A DNA stretch of 62,261 nucleotides, filler included, from Choristocarpus tenellus KU-1152 (Eukaryota > Protista > Phaeophyceae), in the NCBI GenBank assembly GCA_964200185.2. It is 11 parts of 11 records of this genome, joined end to end, with 100 filler letters (N's around TTAATTAATTAA, not from the genome) between each part and the next. Parts side by side here need not be neighbours in the genome. Positions count along the whole stretch, not along the records: positions 50,041 to 54,262 come from CAXNAD020015612.1; positions 54,363 to 62,261 come from CAXNAD020005426.1; 9 more parts are not named here. The stretch is one strand, 5' to 3'. A program made the translations under genes and the position numbers. The notes below the pieces were generated by a model. It saw only the letters and a program-made list of their open reading frames with translations. It searched no databases and was not told the DNA's origin. Below are positions 51,523 to 62,261 of the stretch, one piece after another. How positions within the stretch are numbered: the first letter of the stretch is position 1; every line of letters begins with the position of its first letter.

Positions 51523-54500
51523 TGAAGTCAAAAGCTAGGGTAGGTGCATCAGCCACTTGGTTATCTTTATTCTCTTCCCCATCAGGCTTACCTAGGGGTG
51601 GGGGCACTATCACTTCTACATCATTCTCTCTGTTCTTTACCCACGCTTCTTTATGTGGAAAGCGGAGTTTATGGGTCACAGAACCTTCCTCCAAGGCTCC
51701 CACAATAACCTTGTTGGCATACTCATTTGGAGAATTATTGTACTCCTGCTCCCGGTTAGATGTGTAGAAGCAGGAAGAAACATGGTAGTTGAAGATATCT
51801 CTGGATTGAGTTTCATTGAATCAACAGTGAGCGTGGAAAGAACTGAGGCCAACACATCTTCTGTTGAGCACAGAATTCCCCTCAACTTCTCCAACGAGTT
51901 CACATCACATCCCATATTAGTCTTTATGCTGAGAGCGCTATCCTGACCCTCCCTCCCTCTCAACATCCCCCAGCAGTCACGAACAAGTTGAAAGGATCCG
52001 CCATGTTAAGGTCAGGTCCTCGGCACCACTTGCGAGGGGTCACCTTCTCCTCCTCCTGTCCGTCCACATTTTACGTATTTTCATTGCAGTCCATTGCACT
52101 TGAGATTCTAATTTGGGACTTAACTCATTCGATTTAGCCTCTCAATACTTCCTTCAAATTGGCACAGTTGTAAAACACACAGCCAGGCAGGACTCTGTCT
52201 CTGTTCTCCCCACAAACTAGGTTCTTCGAACCACAAACTTCAATGTCTGTTTTTTAAGTGATTCTGGGCTGGTCCCCCCATGTGCTTGGTGATGCGCTCA
52301 TCTCCACTCAGGACAAACTTCTCATCCCATTCTTCTCCTAGGGGGTTGACAATCCTTCCCTCAACAACCTCAATAGAAAGGACCTTCAGATGGGCCTCTC
52401 ACCATATTTTTTTCGTGGCAAAACATGGGACCTGGTCACACTAACCCTAAATTGAACTGCAGAAGCCATTACTGACCAGGATATTTGCTAATTCGGTGTC
52501 TAAAGGCTCGATTTGGGTGGGTTAAGGTTTTTGTAGAACTTCAGACCTAAAGTTCCAGAACACCACACAACAAGGAGATAAGTAGATGTTAAGGTGATCT
52601 TTCAATAACTTTCAGTATTGATTTCGAAATCGAGCAGACATTTTATGTGAACAATTTCCTCCAGCACCCCACCCCTTCGATCCAGCCACAGTATATCTGC
52701 TACCTTGTGGAACATTTCCTCATTTTCCTTGGGCTCAGACCACACACACACACCTTGTACCCTTCGCCCTGCTGCTGCTCAAGCATTGTGACTGTTTAGT
52801 GGCAGATGTTCTCTCTCTGTTTTGCCCCCAGCACAGCACCCATTGTTGTGGTCCTCCTAGTCTGCTGGAGCACAGTATCTATTAAGCGTAGGCCCTTCCC
52901 AATACACGCTTCACATCACCGGCCTGCAGTATGCCATTATGGGCATAGAAAGTTAGTATGAGTCCATAACGGTTGTTGTAAGTGAGACACGGGAGTACTT
53001 AACAGGATTATTGTTCTACAGAATGTCGTAAGATGTTGGTATACACATATAAAATTCTTGAGATAGGTGTAATTTCTGCTGACAAAGCGTAAAAACATTG
53101 AGCTGCAATCTGAGGTGCTGGGGAGAAGGACACAAGGAGAGATGTTGATATAAGGGGCCCTCAAGAAAAAAAGAAATATCATCTTTGCTGCATGTAAGTG
53201 TGAGGCACAGATACATACGAACACACCAACCCAAATTGGGGTGCAACATGTCTGCTTGTCTCCTGCAGCTCAAATCACTGAAATTTTTCATGTGTAGAAA
53301 AGTCTGATGAACGGAAGTCCTCACCCTCATGTACACATACACCCTGAACGACGACCTCATCTTGTCCACTTCGACTGGGAGGAAGTAGGTTGCAAATGCT
53401 GTTCCTTATTACGATTGTTTACAAACACACTTCCTGCCATCTCACATTTGTCCGGGGAGCCTCATCAAACTGGGAACAATGAGTGGGAACAGAGAGACGC
53501 AACCAGTGCCAGACTGCTAACACACATTGGTTGTTGAGGGTAACGAAGTATAAACCAAGTCGTCAACCTTGTGTGTGGAATTGAATAGAACCAAGGCAAC
53601 TACACCCACAACACTACCATACTCAGCGCCCTGGATTTTGTTTAGGGGTCACAATAATTATATATCTGAAACACGTGAGCATGAGAGCTACCATGCCCAG
53701 GGAGATGGATCTTGTTTAGGGTTCCTGTAGACACAAGTCGAAAACATGCAAAAAACTCAAGCAGTACTCCATTCTTTCCCTAAAAAGCTGTTTCCCCACC
53801 AGTATATAATTGCTATAGTGGTACCAGTAGCTTCGCCCTCTGGAGTTGTCCCGTCATAACTTTTGATGTAGACATCGGATTAAAAAAATAAAAGCATATT
53901 CGTGATGCCCGTCACAAAGCCCTCCAGCATACGGGCTTCGCTGATTTTTTTTTGACATTTTTTCCTTTTTTTGAAGAATGGGCGCTCATATTGGGGTTCG
54001 AACCATGGATTGTAGGTCACCAAGATTGACAATAGATACACTATTACTTGATTAGTATGGGGTTTAGCCAGGGGAAAAGCCTCCCCACCCTTTCTTCCTG
54101 TGTTGATTTCTCGAATTAATGCAGGTAGGGAGAAAGCCTTAAACTTTGTACGTGCAACCCGAAGTCCAGGAACAAAGGTGAATGTACAGCATCTTGCAAG
54201 AAGAGGGAGACACCAAACCATTGGTGTGCAAATAGTCTCAATCTCACGTCCTCTTCTTCCCTNNNNNNNNNNNNNNNNNNNNNNNNNNNNNNNNNNNNNN
54301 NNNNNNTTAATTAATTAANNNNNNNNNNNNNNNNNNNNNNNNNNNNNNNNNNNNNNNNNNNNGAAAACACAGTTCAATTTGAGCCACAAACACCACTGAA
54401 AAAGCAAAAAAAAAAAAAAAAAAAAAAAAAAGAGGCAACACCGACAAACAAGCCATTGAGCTAGCGACGAGGGCACTGTCTAATAAATAAATAAATAATA

Positions 54501-54643
54501 AATAAGCACATGCCTGCACATGTGTGTGTGTGTGTGTGTTTGTTTTTGTGACAAATCTGTTCTTTATCGGGTTTTTTAAAAAAATGTATTGTTCTCTGTC
54601 TTTTTTGTCTTTTGTTTTGTTTTGTGTGTGAACATGCCGTCAG

Positions 54644-56833
54644 ACTTTTGTCTGCGATGATCTCCACGAGCTAGGGGAGAGTTTCCTGAGGGCAGACTAT
54701 CGAATGTCATGCACTTCGCCTAGGCATAAGCTGTATCAGATATATGCAGGCTTTATGATCTTGGTGAGCTGGCGGGCGCGTGGGATTGTGGAGGTGTTGG
54801 CTGGGGGGGAGGGGGGGGGGGGTTGTGGTTTGTGAGCTGTGCTGAGAGGAGTTGCATTGCCCTGAGGCGTGTTTTTTACTTTGTATCTTAATATTGTTAT
54901 TGTTTATTTTGGTCAGGATGTGGTTTGTGAGCTGTATTGAGAGGAGTTGTATTGACCTGAGGCACGTTTTTTTTTACGTTGAGTGTCTTGTAGTTTTAAT
55001 TTTTATTTATATCGAGAATGATTTTTAGACTCAATAGTTGGTGAAGTATGTATGTATGTACTCATCCTTTGAGGTTGAGGTGCAGGGAATGCAGGGGGGG
55101 GTTTTGTTATTTTTGGTGTGACAAAAAAAAAATCGATAATATAACTTTTTGTTTTGGTATTTTAGGAGAATGACTTGGATTTTAGAAACCAGGCCGTGTT
55201 TGTATTGTTTTAGGATTGTACTGAATTCATCAAGTAGTTTTTGTTTTTATGTTCAGTTGGTTACTTTTTTATATAATTCTTCTGTTCAGCTTCATTATAA
55301 ACGTGTTGTAGGGCAAGCTTTAAATGCTCGAGATATTTATTTATTCATTTATTTATTTATTACTCTTTATGGAGGGGGGGGGGGGGGGTCTTGTCGAAAA
55401 CTGGCATGAGGTCTTATTTATTATCCCTTAAATCTCAGTGAAATTGTACCTGGTTGATATGGGAAAGGGAAAACTGATGTGGCTCTGTAATCCCATCTGT
55501 CCACGATGTCTGGATTGATGCTGAACAAACGGAGTATGTTTTTTGTTTATATCTGTTTTGTTCTGGACCACTGTGTTTGTTTCGATATATAATTATTTTT
55601 TAACAGTCACTGGCTCTACTGTCCCGCGATGTTAACTGTTGGTGTTCGGTTCAAGTAATTTCCGTTATTATACTGAGAAGTGATTATTTTGTAGGGGAGT
55701 AGTGAAGGTGTTTTGTTTGTGTAGGTTAGTGATGTGTTCATCCGTACTCGCACCGATTTAATTTTTTTTTTTTTCAAAGTTTGAAGTGGTGTTTTCCTTT
55801 AATAACCCTGAAAGGCGTCCGTGTGTTATCTTTGTAGGGATGTGACCTTTCGAATTTAAATTTTATTTATCCGTACTGTACTACCTCCCCCCCCCAATCT
55901 TTAACTTCTTGTCCTTGCCCTGTTAAGGTATACCCCGTTGGTATACCGACCTTGTATGCTGTCCTCATGTATCAGCACCGGCATCGGATTTACCCTAAGC
56001 AAGCATTGGCTGATGGTGTTCCAGCAGAAAGGCGTTTGGCAGACAAGAAAATTGCGCATACTGTCTTCCTCTGGGAGGTGAGGCAGAAAAATGAAATAGC
56101 TGATGGTTCGGGTAAGGGTTAGGGTTTCGACTTGTGTTGCGTGTGAATTGTATTTTTTTTGTTATTGTTGAGGACGTAGGGTTAGGGAAGGCGTTTTTGG
56201 TGTGTGTAAGTAGTGTGAGAGGTTGAGTAGTCGAGTGCATTTGAGGTTCCAGGTGTTGAGCACAGATAGCACTGTGGCTTTTGAGTTATGTAGAATTATG
56301 TATGTTTTGAAATGTTGTCCACACTGGTGAATCATCCAGACATGTGTAAGATTGTCTTAAGAGTTGGTTTGATCACCTAAGTTGAGTGGTTGGCATGGTT
56401 ACATCAGTCAGTCCAAGAACAATATTTTTGTCTTTGCTGGAACACTGAGAGGGTAGGTTTTCATAACTTACCCTATCCCTATGATAGACTGCAGTAGTAT
56501 GGTAGAGATGTACCTAAGAAATTAATTGTGAGAAACAGATAAGGGTATAGACTACACATTCCGCTTTGGTCACTGATTGTATTGACAAACTCTTGCTGAT
56601 TATAATCCCCCACACGTTGCCTCCGCTGTTGCCTGGCCACTGAAAGGACACCAAAAATATGTATGTTTTGATTTGGTGTCAGTTGTTCAATGATGTTGTA
56701 GGAGGAGTTTCCCGTTGGTCTTGTGTCAGTATGTGTGCAAAAGTGTCAGTATGTGTGTAAGAGTGTCGACTGCGACGGTTGTGACCCTCGAGTCCCCTGA
56801 CAAAACACGAGAGCTACTCGCAGTTGGAGGAAG

Positions 56834-56870
<37 letters not shown>

Positions 56871-59519
56871 ACACCGGCTCTAATTGAACCCTTTTTTTGT
56901 TTTTATTTTTTTGTCGGAAGGCGTATCGCCCGGAAGTGTACTACTACGAGGTTGTGGAGTGCGCAAGGCGCCTGCTGCTGACGGGGTACTTGGTGTTCAT
57001 ATTTCCCAACACCGCGGGGCAAGCTGCGGTGGCCTGTGTGTTGTCCATGGTGACGGTGACGGTCTTTGCCTTCCTCCGTCCGTTTGTGGATGAGAGGGAC
57101 TCGAAGGCGTATGTGCTGGGGGCACTCATTGTCTTCTTGTCCATGTGAGACACTGCCGGGTGAAAAATGGCCTAGGCAGGTTTTGCCTAGCCTCTCAACG
57201 CTCTTCTTCTATGATAGACAACTTCCTTTGTTTTGTTTTTTGTTGAAGTTTAGGGAAGAGGGGCGAGGAGGAGGGCGGGGGGGGGGGGGGGGGGGGGTGG
57301 ATATAGTGGTACGAACACGGAAGATAAAATTACTGTCCTTTTTTTTTTTTGTGGGGTGGGGGGGGGGGTAGTATGTATGCCTGAGGACAAAGTTGTAGAA
57401 AATCGTCCCTTTTTTTTTCTTGTGTGGTTGTGGGTGAGCGTGTATTGCGTAGTATGTGCTTGTAAGGTTTTGTGTGTGTTTTTGTATTGTTGATGTGTTA
57501 GCCTTTGTGCCTTGTCTAAGGAGTGCAAGGAGTTTTGGGGAGGTAAGAACAGATATTCAAGGCCTCGGGATGAGTACTTCAGAGTTCCATGTACTGGTTG
57601 GTGCCTGTATCTGAGACCATATTATTGTTTTCAATATTGAAGTGATCTGAAAAAACGCCTTCCTCAAGTTGAAAAAAAGATGCTCTCGTGTGTGAAAATT
57701 GGTGGTTTGTTCTTTGAGAATAGGTAAAATCCTATTATGTCAGATATGGGCTAGAAGGTTGAATTTTGGTGTGACTCTTGGGTGTCTGTCCAGAGACCTA
57801 GCACCTTCCCCATTGTTGATTCTTGAATTGGGGTGAAGGGTGGGCCTGTTTGTTGTTCCCACTGTTTTGGTTGTTGCAACAAAGGATTGGCCAATGAAAT
57901 GGCTCGTTGTGGTGTAGCCTTTAGTCGCTAGAACTTCATTTTGTTCAATTCTGTACTTCAGTAGGTACTTGATTTGCCTGCCTGCCTGCCTGCCTTGTGC
58001 TTCGTGTTGTCTGACTGTCATATCCTCTTGGTGGCATGATGTTGGTTGGTCGTCTGACATGATCTTTCATACTGATGCAGGTTTATGGCTCTATCGAACA
58101 AGATCAGGGTGGTGTCAAGGGACTCTCAGAGCCAACACGTGCTTGCGTGGCTGCTCATTATCCTTAACACTGGGTTGGTTCTGGGAGCTGTTACAGAGTG
58201 CATTGGAGAGGTGCGAGTTGGGGTTAAGATATGATGGATATAGAGTCACACATGAAAGCCTTATCAGATATATGCATTGAGTGTGGAGTATGACGAATCA
58301 CTTGTATGAGTTGATCAGATCAACAACGTTTGGTTAAGATGCAGTAAAGGTGGGGAGGTCTAGAGAGAGAGAGAGTAGAGAGGGATGTCAGCAGTTTTGA
58401 GGTTGATACTAGTTCTCCTGTTTTCTTGTGTTGGTGCGTCTCTGGCTAGATGTCCTTTTTAACTCTTTCCACATTATCCTGAAAAGAATCGGAGTCTCTT
58501 ATCGACCAACAACGCCTTGCCGTGGTGAATGAAAGCAGGGTTTGAAGATTCGTCGGGAGGCGTTGCAAGCGAGGCAGATTACCCATGCAGATTCTAAGTC
58601 TGATACCGCACCTGCTGGGCGGAGTGGGAAGACTGAAATGATCGAGACCATCTACAAGGGCTCTTCTGGAGAAGAGCCCACGGATGAGCGTAGCTCAGAA
58701 GACTACTACGAATATACTAATGGGCTCAACGGTCAAGGAAAAGGCAGTGGGAGTGGAGATGGGAGTTCTGTGAGGGGAGGGGAAAGTGGTGGTGGCGGAA
58801 GCAACTCGGGGCTTCCTCTCCAGCATAGGTCGGGGGGGGTGGGGTCACAGGGGCATGGGTCGCAAGGCACACAGTTGTACCCCAGTGGATATGCAGCTCC
58901 CCTGCCAGCTCGAACGAGGAGACTGGGGGATGGGGGACTCCATGATAAGGGGATGAGCTATGAAGGGAGTGACACTTTGAGTGGTGGGAGAGGGGGGGTT
59001 GGCTCGGGTTCAGGAGTGGGAGCGGAAGGGGGGTTGGACTTTTCCAGCAATCAGGGATTCAGTAGTAATGGTATTACTTACGGGCTAATGGTGCCGAGCA
59101 CTGTGGCGGAAATTTCTCATGATGATGTAGATGGAGTGATAGGAGGTGAAGATGTATCCACCATGACAGATAGGGATGAGGTGCAACTGGGAGGTCGTGC
59201 TCCTTACCCAGGGATCGTTATGAGAGCATCTGGAAGTGCTTCGTCTCCCTCTGGAAGAGGAGGGTTAACAACTGCGGATGTGGTTAATAGGAGTTCCATT
59301 CTGTTAGAGGATGGGGAGAAGATGGGAGAAGGAGGGGGGGAACACGGACCAATTGATGCTCACTCCAGCACCTCCAAGGCAGATCCAATGGGCGATGCTT
59401 GTGAAGGATCTATGCTGGAAGGGGAGGGGGTTACAAGGAGTGGGGAAAGGGGATGGGAAAACAGCACAGAGGAACAGAAGAGTGGGTACCCACCAGACTA
59501 TCAGGTCCACCCTGCATAG
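54644..59519 (+). CDS. Multi-pass membrane receptor-like protein, 3' part (C-terminal TM domain of the family often annotated 'polymorphic outer membrane protein/adhesin-like' in brown algae); exons 54644-54763, 55928-56077, 56921-57144, 58081-58210, 58539-59519
   Basis: TFVCDDL...FLRADYRMSC, YAGFMILVYPVGIPTLY, FLWEAYRPEVYYYEVVECARRLLLTG, FPNTAGQ, IVFLSMFMAL; several hydrophobic helices; all junctions in phase; Gly/Ser-rich ~325-aa tail. Confidence 0.85.
54823..54972 (+). repeat. Intronic imperfect direct repeat (~50-bp core, ~95-bp period)
   Basis: TGTGGTTTGTGAGCTGT..TGAGAGGAGTTG.ATTG.CCTGAGGC occurs twice. Confidence 0.7.
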
Positions 59520-61672
59520 CAAAAGGAGGCAGGGCAGTCTGCAAGGAGAGTGGGGGAGAGGAGTCTCTCTGGCGTGGACTGTCCTCTTTGTTGGTGTAAA
59601 GTGGGGATTGGTTTTGTCGTTTTTGGCATAATTGAGTTTGTTTGCATTGTGGCGTGTTGATGCGTGCACTCTAGTGTACAAGTGACAGTGACAAATGCAT
59701 TTTGGTTATTATGCACACATAGCTCTCACATGCTAAGGCCCAGAAGGAGCTATAATTTTCGGTTTGAGTTGCAAGCAGACTTTTTTGATGGGCACATACA
59801 TTGTCATACATCATGTGCATACACTACATACATACATGTTTTTTGGGGTCAGGCCTGGGAAGGGAGTATTGAGGGGCGTGGTGTCCCTCTTTCCTGCCTG
59901 CGTACCAATGTGGGACTATGTTGTTGTGTGTGCCTGTTGCCTTGGGTGTAGTTTATGATATTTGATGTGCAGTGACCTCACTTCACTTGCATCCCAGTTT
60001 CCTTTTTTTTATATATAACATAATATTTTGGTAAAGACGAGGGCATTGTTATGGGGATTTTCTGTGAAGTGTTGTATAGAATTTCCAGGCAGGTGGGTTG
60101 AAATTGAACCTGTCTGTGTGTTCGGCAAAGAAGCATAAAGGAAAAGTAACTACTGATTTTTTTTTTCATATAGAAGCGAAGTGGGGTTTTGGTGTGTTGA
60201 TCGGTGGCGAGAGAGATTTGATTGGGCATTTGAATGGTGACTTTGGTTTGGTTGCAACGTCTGTAATGAGGGTTAGGGGTGGTACATGCGTTGGAGACAC
60301 AAATTGAAATGTTTTAGGTGGATTTTATTTATTGTCGTATTTTCAAGGAGGCATGTGTGAAGGCCTTCTAGGTTCGGCAACAGAGGTAGTAGTAGCGGTG
60401 GTGCGATAGGTGACATGTGAAGAGTAACCCAGCAGGTGACAACGTTGATTGATTGGTTGAAAGATAGGTAGGTTGTGGTGAAGAAGCCGTGAATAGTGTT
60501 GCCATTGTCATTGTTCTGTCTACAACATCAGCAATGCGGTGAGTTAGGGAGATGTGATTTCAGATATTTACCACTACTTTTTTATTGTGTGTGGATCACG
60601 GAGCAGTTTGGTTGACTCCTTAGGATGAAGTTTTCAGCACAAGAAAATATTATTAACTATTTTTTTAGTAATGATACATGATCAGTTATGATGACGATGA
60701 TGATGGTGGCTGTGTAGTGCAGATGATAGTTCTTTCATGTACTGCTACTGAATATTGACGCTAGCCACTGACAGACTGGTGATGCTGGGCGAGTAATGCT
60801 GTTTGTTGTTTTTGTTGCTACGAGGCTGACTCCCTTTGCTTTACTCTTTTTTCCCTTTTTTTATGTAATTAATCATGAATAATAATAAAATACATCCACA
60901 ACCAACCAGGTCTATCAGCTACTGAGGTGCCTGGTAATAAACAGCTACCCATGGTCATACGTGTAATTCCAATCCTAGAAACAGCCATTTTTTTTGTGAA
61001 TTTCATACATGGAACACGAGACAACAACCGTACAAGATATTATGATGTAGTGTGGGGTACCTGTATATTACCACGCACCTCACGACTACACTACTGCTGT
61101 ACTTGATAGAGTTATTTGTATCTATCAACAATCGATGTGCTGAATCAAAACCAAAAAAAGAAAATTCAATATGTGTGTGTGTGTGGTACTAATATCGCAT
61201 CGAAAAAAAAACAATATTTTGTACTATTGTGACTGAGACTTTACTGTATGTAGAATCTATTGATAAGTATGCAGCACCTTGCATTTATTTATTTTAGTGC
61301 TAGTATTATTATATCACACATATAATATGGCATGCATACTACATTAATTTGATCTTAATGCACAAAAATACATTTATTTAACAACGTAAATTATTTTTAC
61401 GGATGACAGGTCATTTAACAGTGGATTTTAAAATTTGAGGATGGAGCGTGTACTATTGAGGATGGTTTTCACCGAAAATGGTGCGGAAAAAGTGCCGATA
61501 TGTTTTTTTTTGTAGATGTTGCGGCACTTTTTAAGGGCCCCTTTTTGAATGGGAATACTTAATTGATCTTGTACGTTTCCAATGTTCAGAAACCAAAAGG
61601 TAAAAAAAAAATGGTACCCTCCAATTTTTTGAGATACAAAATCTGAAATTGTTGGACATTTGTATTCTTAAA

Positions 61673-61769
61673 GAGTTAAACTATCTTAGAGGGTACATTG
61701 TAGCCAAAATTACATCAAAATCACAACATTGTATTTTGACCCCCAAATGGACGCAGCTCAACCCTCTAA
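61673..61769 (-). mobile_element. MITE family B, internally deleted copy next to a 10-N gap
   Basis: GAGTTAAACTATCTTAGAGGGTAC...CAAAATTACATCAAAATC...CCCCCAAATGGACG...ACCCTCTAA. Confidence 0.75.
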
Positions 61770-62261
61770 NNNNNNNNNNTTGCGGCACTTTTTAAGGGCC
61801 CCTTTTTGAATGGGAATCCATGCCGAAGGTGGTAGTAGGACATACTTAATTGGTTTGTATCTGTATTTGTTGGTGTAAAGATTAGAATATCATTCTACTT
61901 TTGGAAAAACCCTAACGCACGTCTTTTGGGTGTTTAACGGTATTCAAGATTACCGCTAACCTTGAATACCGTAGATCCGCTTTTTTGTGGTCTTTAGTGT
62001 TTATTAGTGTTTATTTAAATACTAAAGACGCCAAAAAGCGGATTATTTATTTAATTAAATAGTGGGTACCAGTTGGAAAGACTTACTAGGGTTTCTGAAA
62101 ATTGGAAACGTGTGAGACCCATAAAGTGCGTTCTTGGTATTTTTAAAAACCCTAAGAACGGTTTTTAGTGGATTTAGTATTAAAAAAAAACCTAACGCAC
62201 GTAAAGTGGATGTTTGGTTATTTGTGATTAGCGGTAATCACTTTTAACCAAAGAAGCACTT

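Noticed and set aside
4175-54362. Regularly recurring TTAATTAATTAA palindrome
   Set aside because: Synthetic six-frame-stop linker, always padded by 44 N on each side
61519-61817. Direct repeat TTGCGGCACTTTTTAAGGGCCCCTTTTTGAATGGGAAT
   Set aside because: The second copy starts exactly at a 10-N gap; most likely a scaffolding or haplotype overlap
1-62261. CRISPR array, rRNA, tRNA or prokaryotic operon/defence system
   Set aside because: No regularly spaced repeat-spacer array or recognisable structural RNA seen; genes are spliced and eukaryotic

Overview
This window is eukaryotic and is not one locus. It is 11 short contigs (about 3-8 kb each) joined by an artificial 100-nt spacer (44 N + TTAATTAATTAA + 44 N), so adjacency across spacers carries no biological meaning. 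A complete spliced mannuronan C-5 epimerase gene points to a brown alga or close relative. Genes I could reconstruct with GT-AG introns and consistent reading phases: the 5-exon epimerase (40029-42967, +); a Golgi-type carbohydrate sulfotransferase, 3'-truncated (7785-11125, +); the 5' end of NUP50/Nup2 (13020-12042, -), head-to-head with an unknown EF-hand-like gene; the 3' part of a ubiquitin-specific protease (36887-33887, -); and the 3' part of a multi-pass membrane receptor-like protein (54644-59519, +). Transposon relics include two mariner transposases (one with a countable DD39D triad), a rearranged Ty1/copia and a Ty3/gypsy RNase H fragment. The most striking unexplained structure is a set of four ~180-260 bp MITE families (about 20 copies or fragments). 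They share related termini (GAGTCAAAG/GAGCCAAA/GGCTCAAAG), have 4-bp target-site duplications, nest inside each other and resemble Sola-type elements. I found no convincing wholly new protein-based system; the best leads are this MITE clan and a small GGG-terminated element with a 5-bp TSD.
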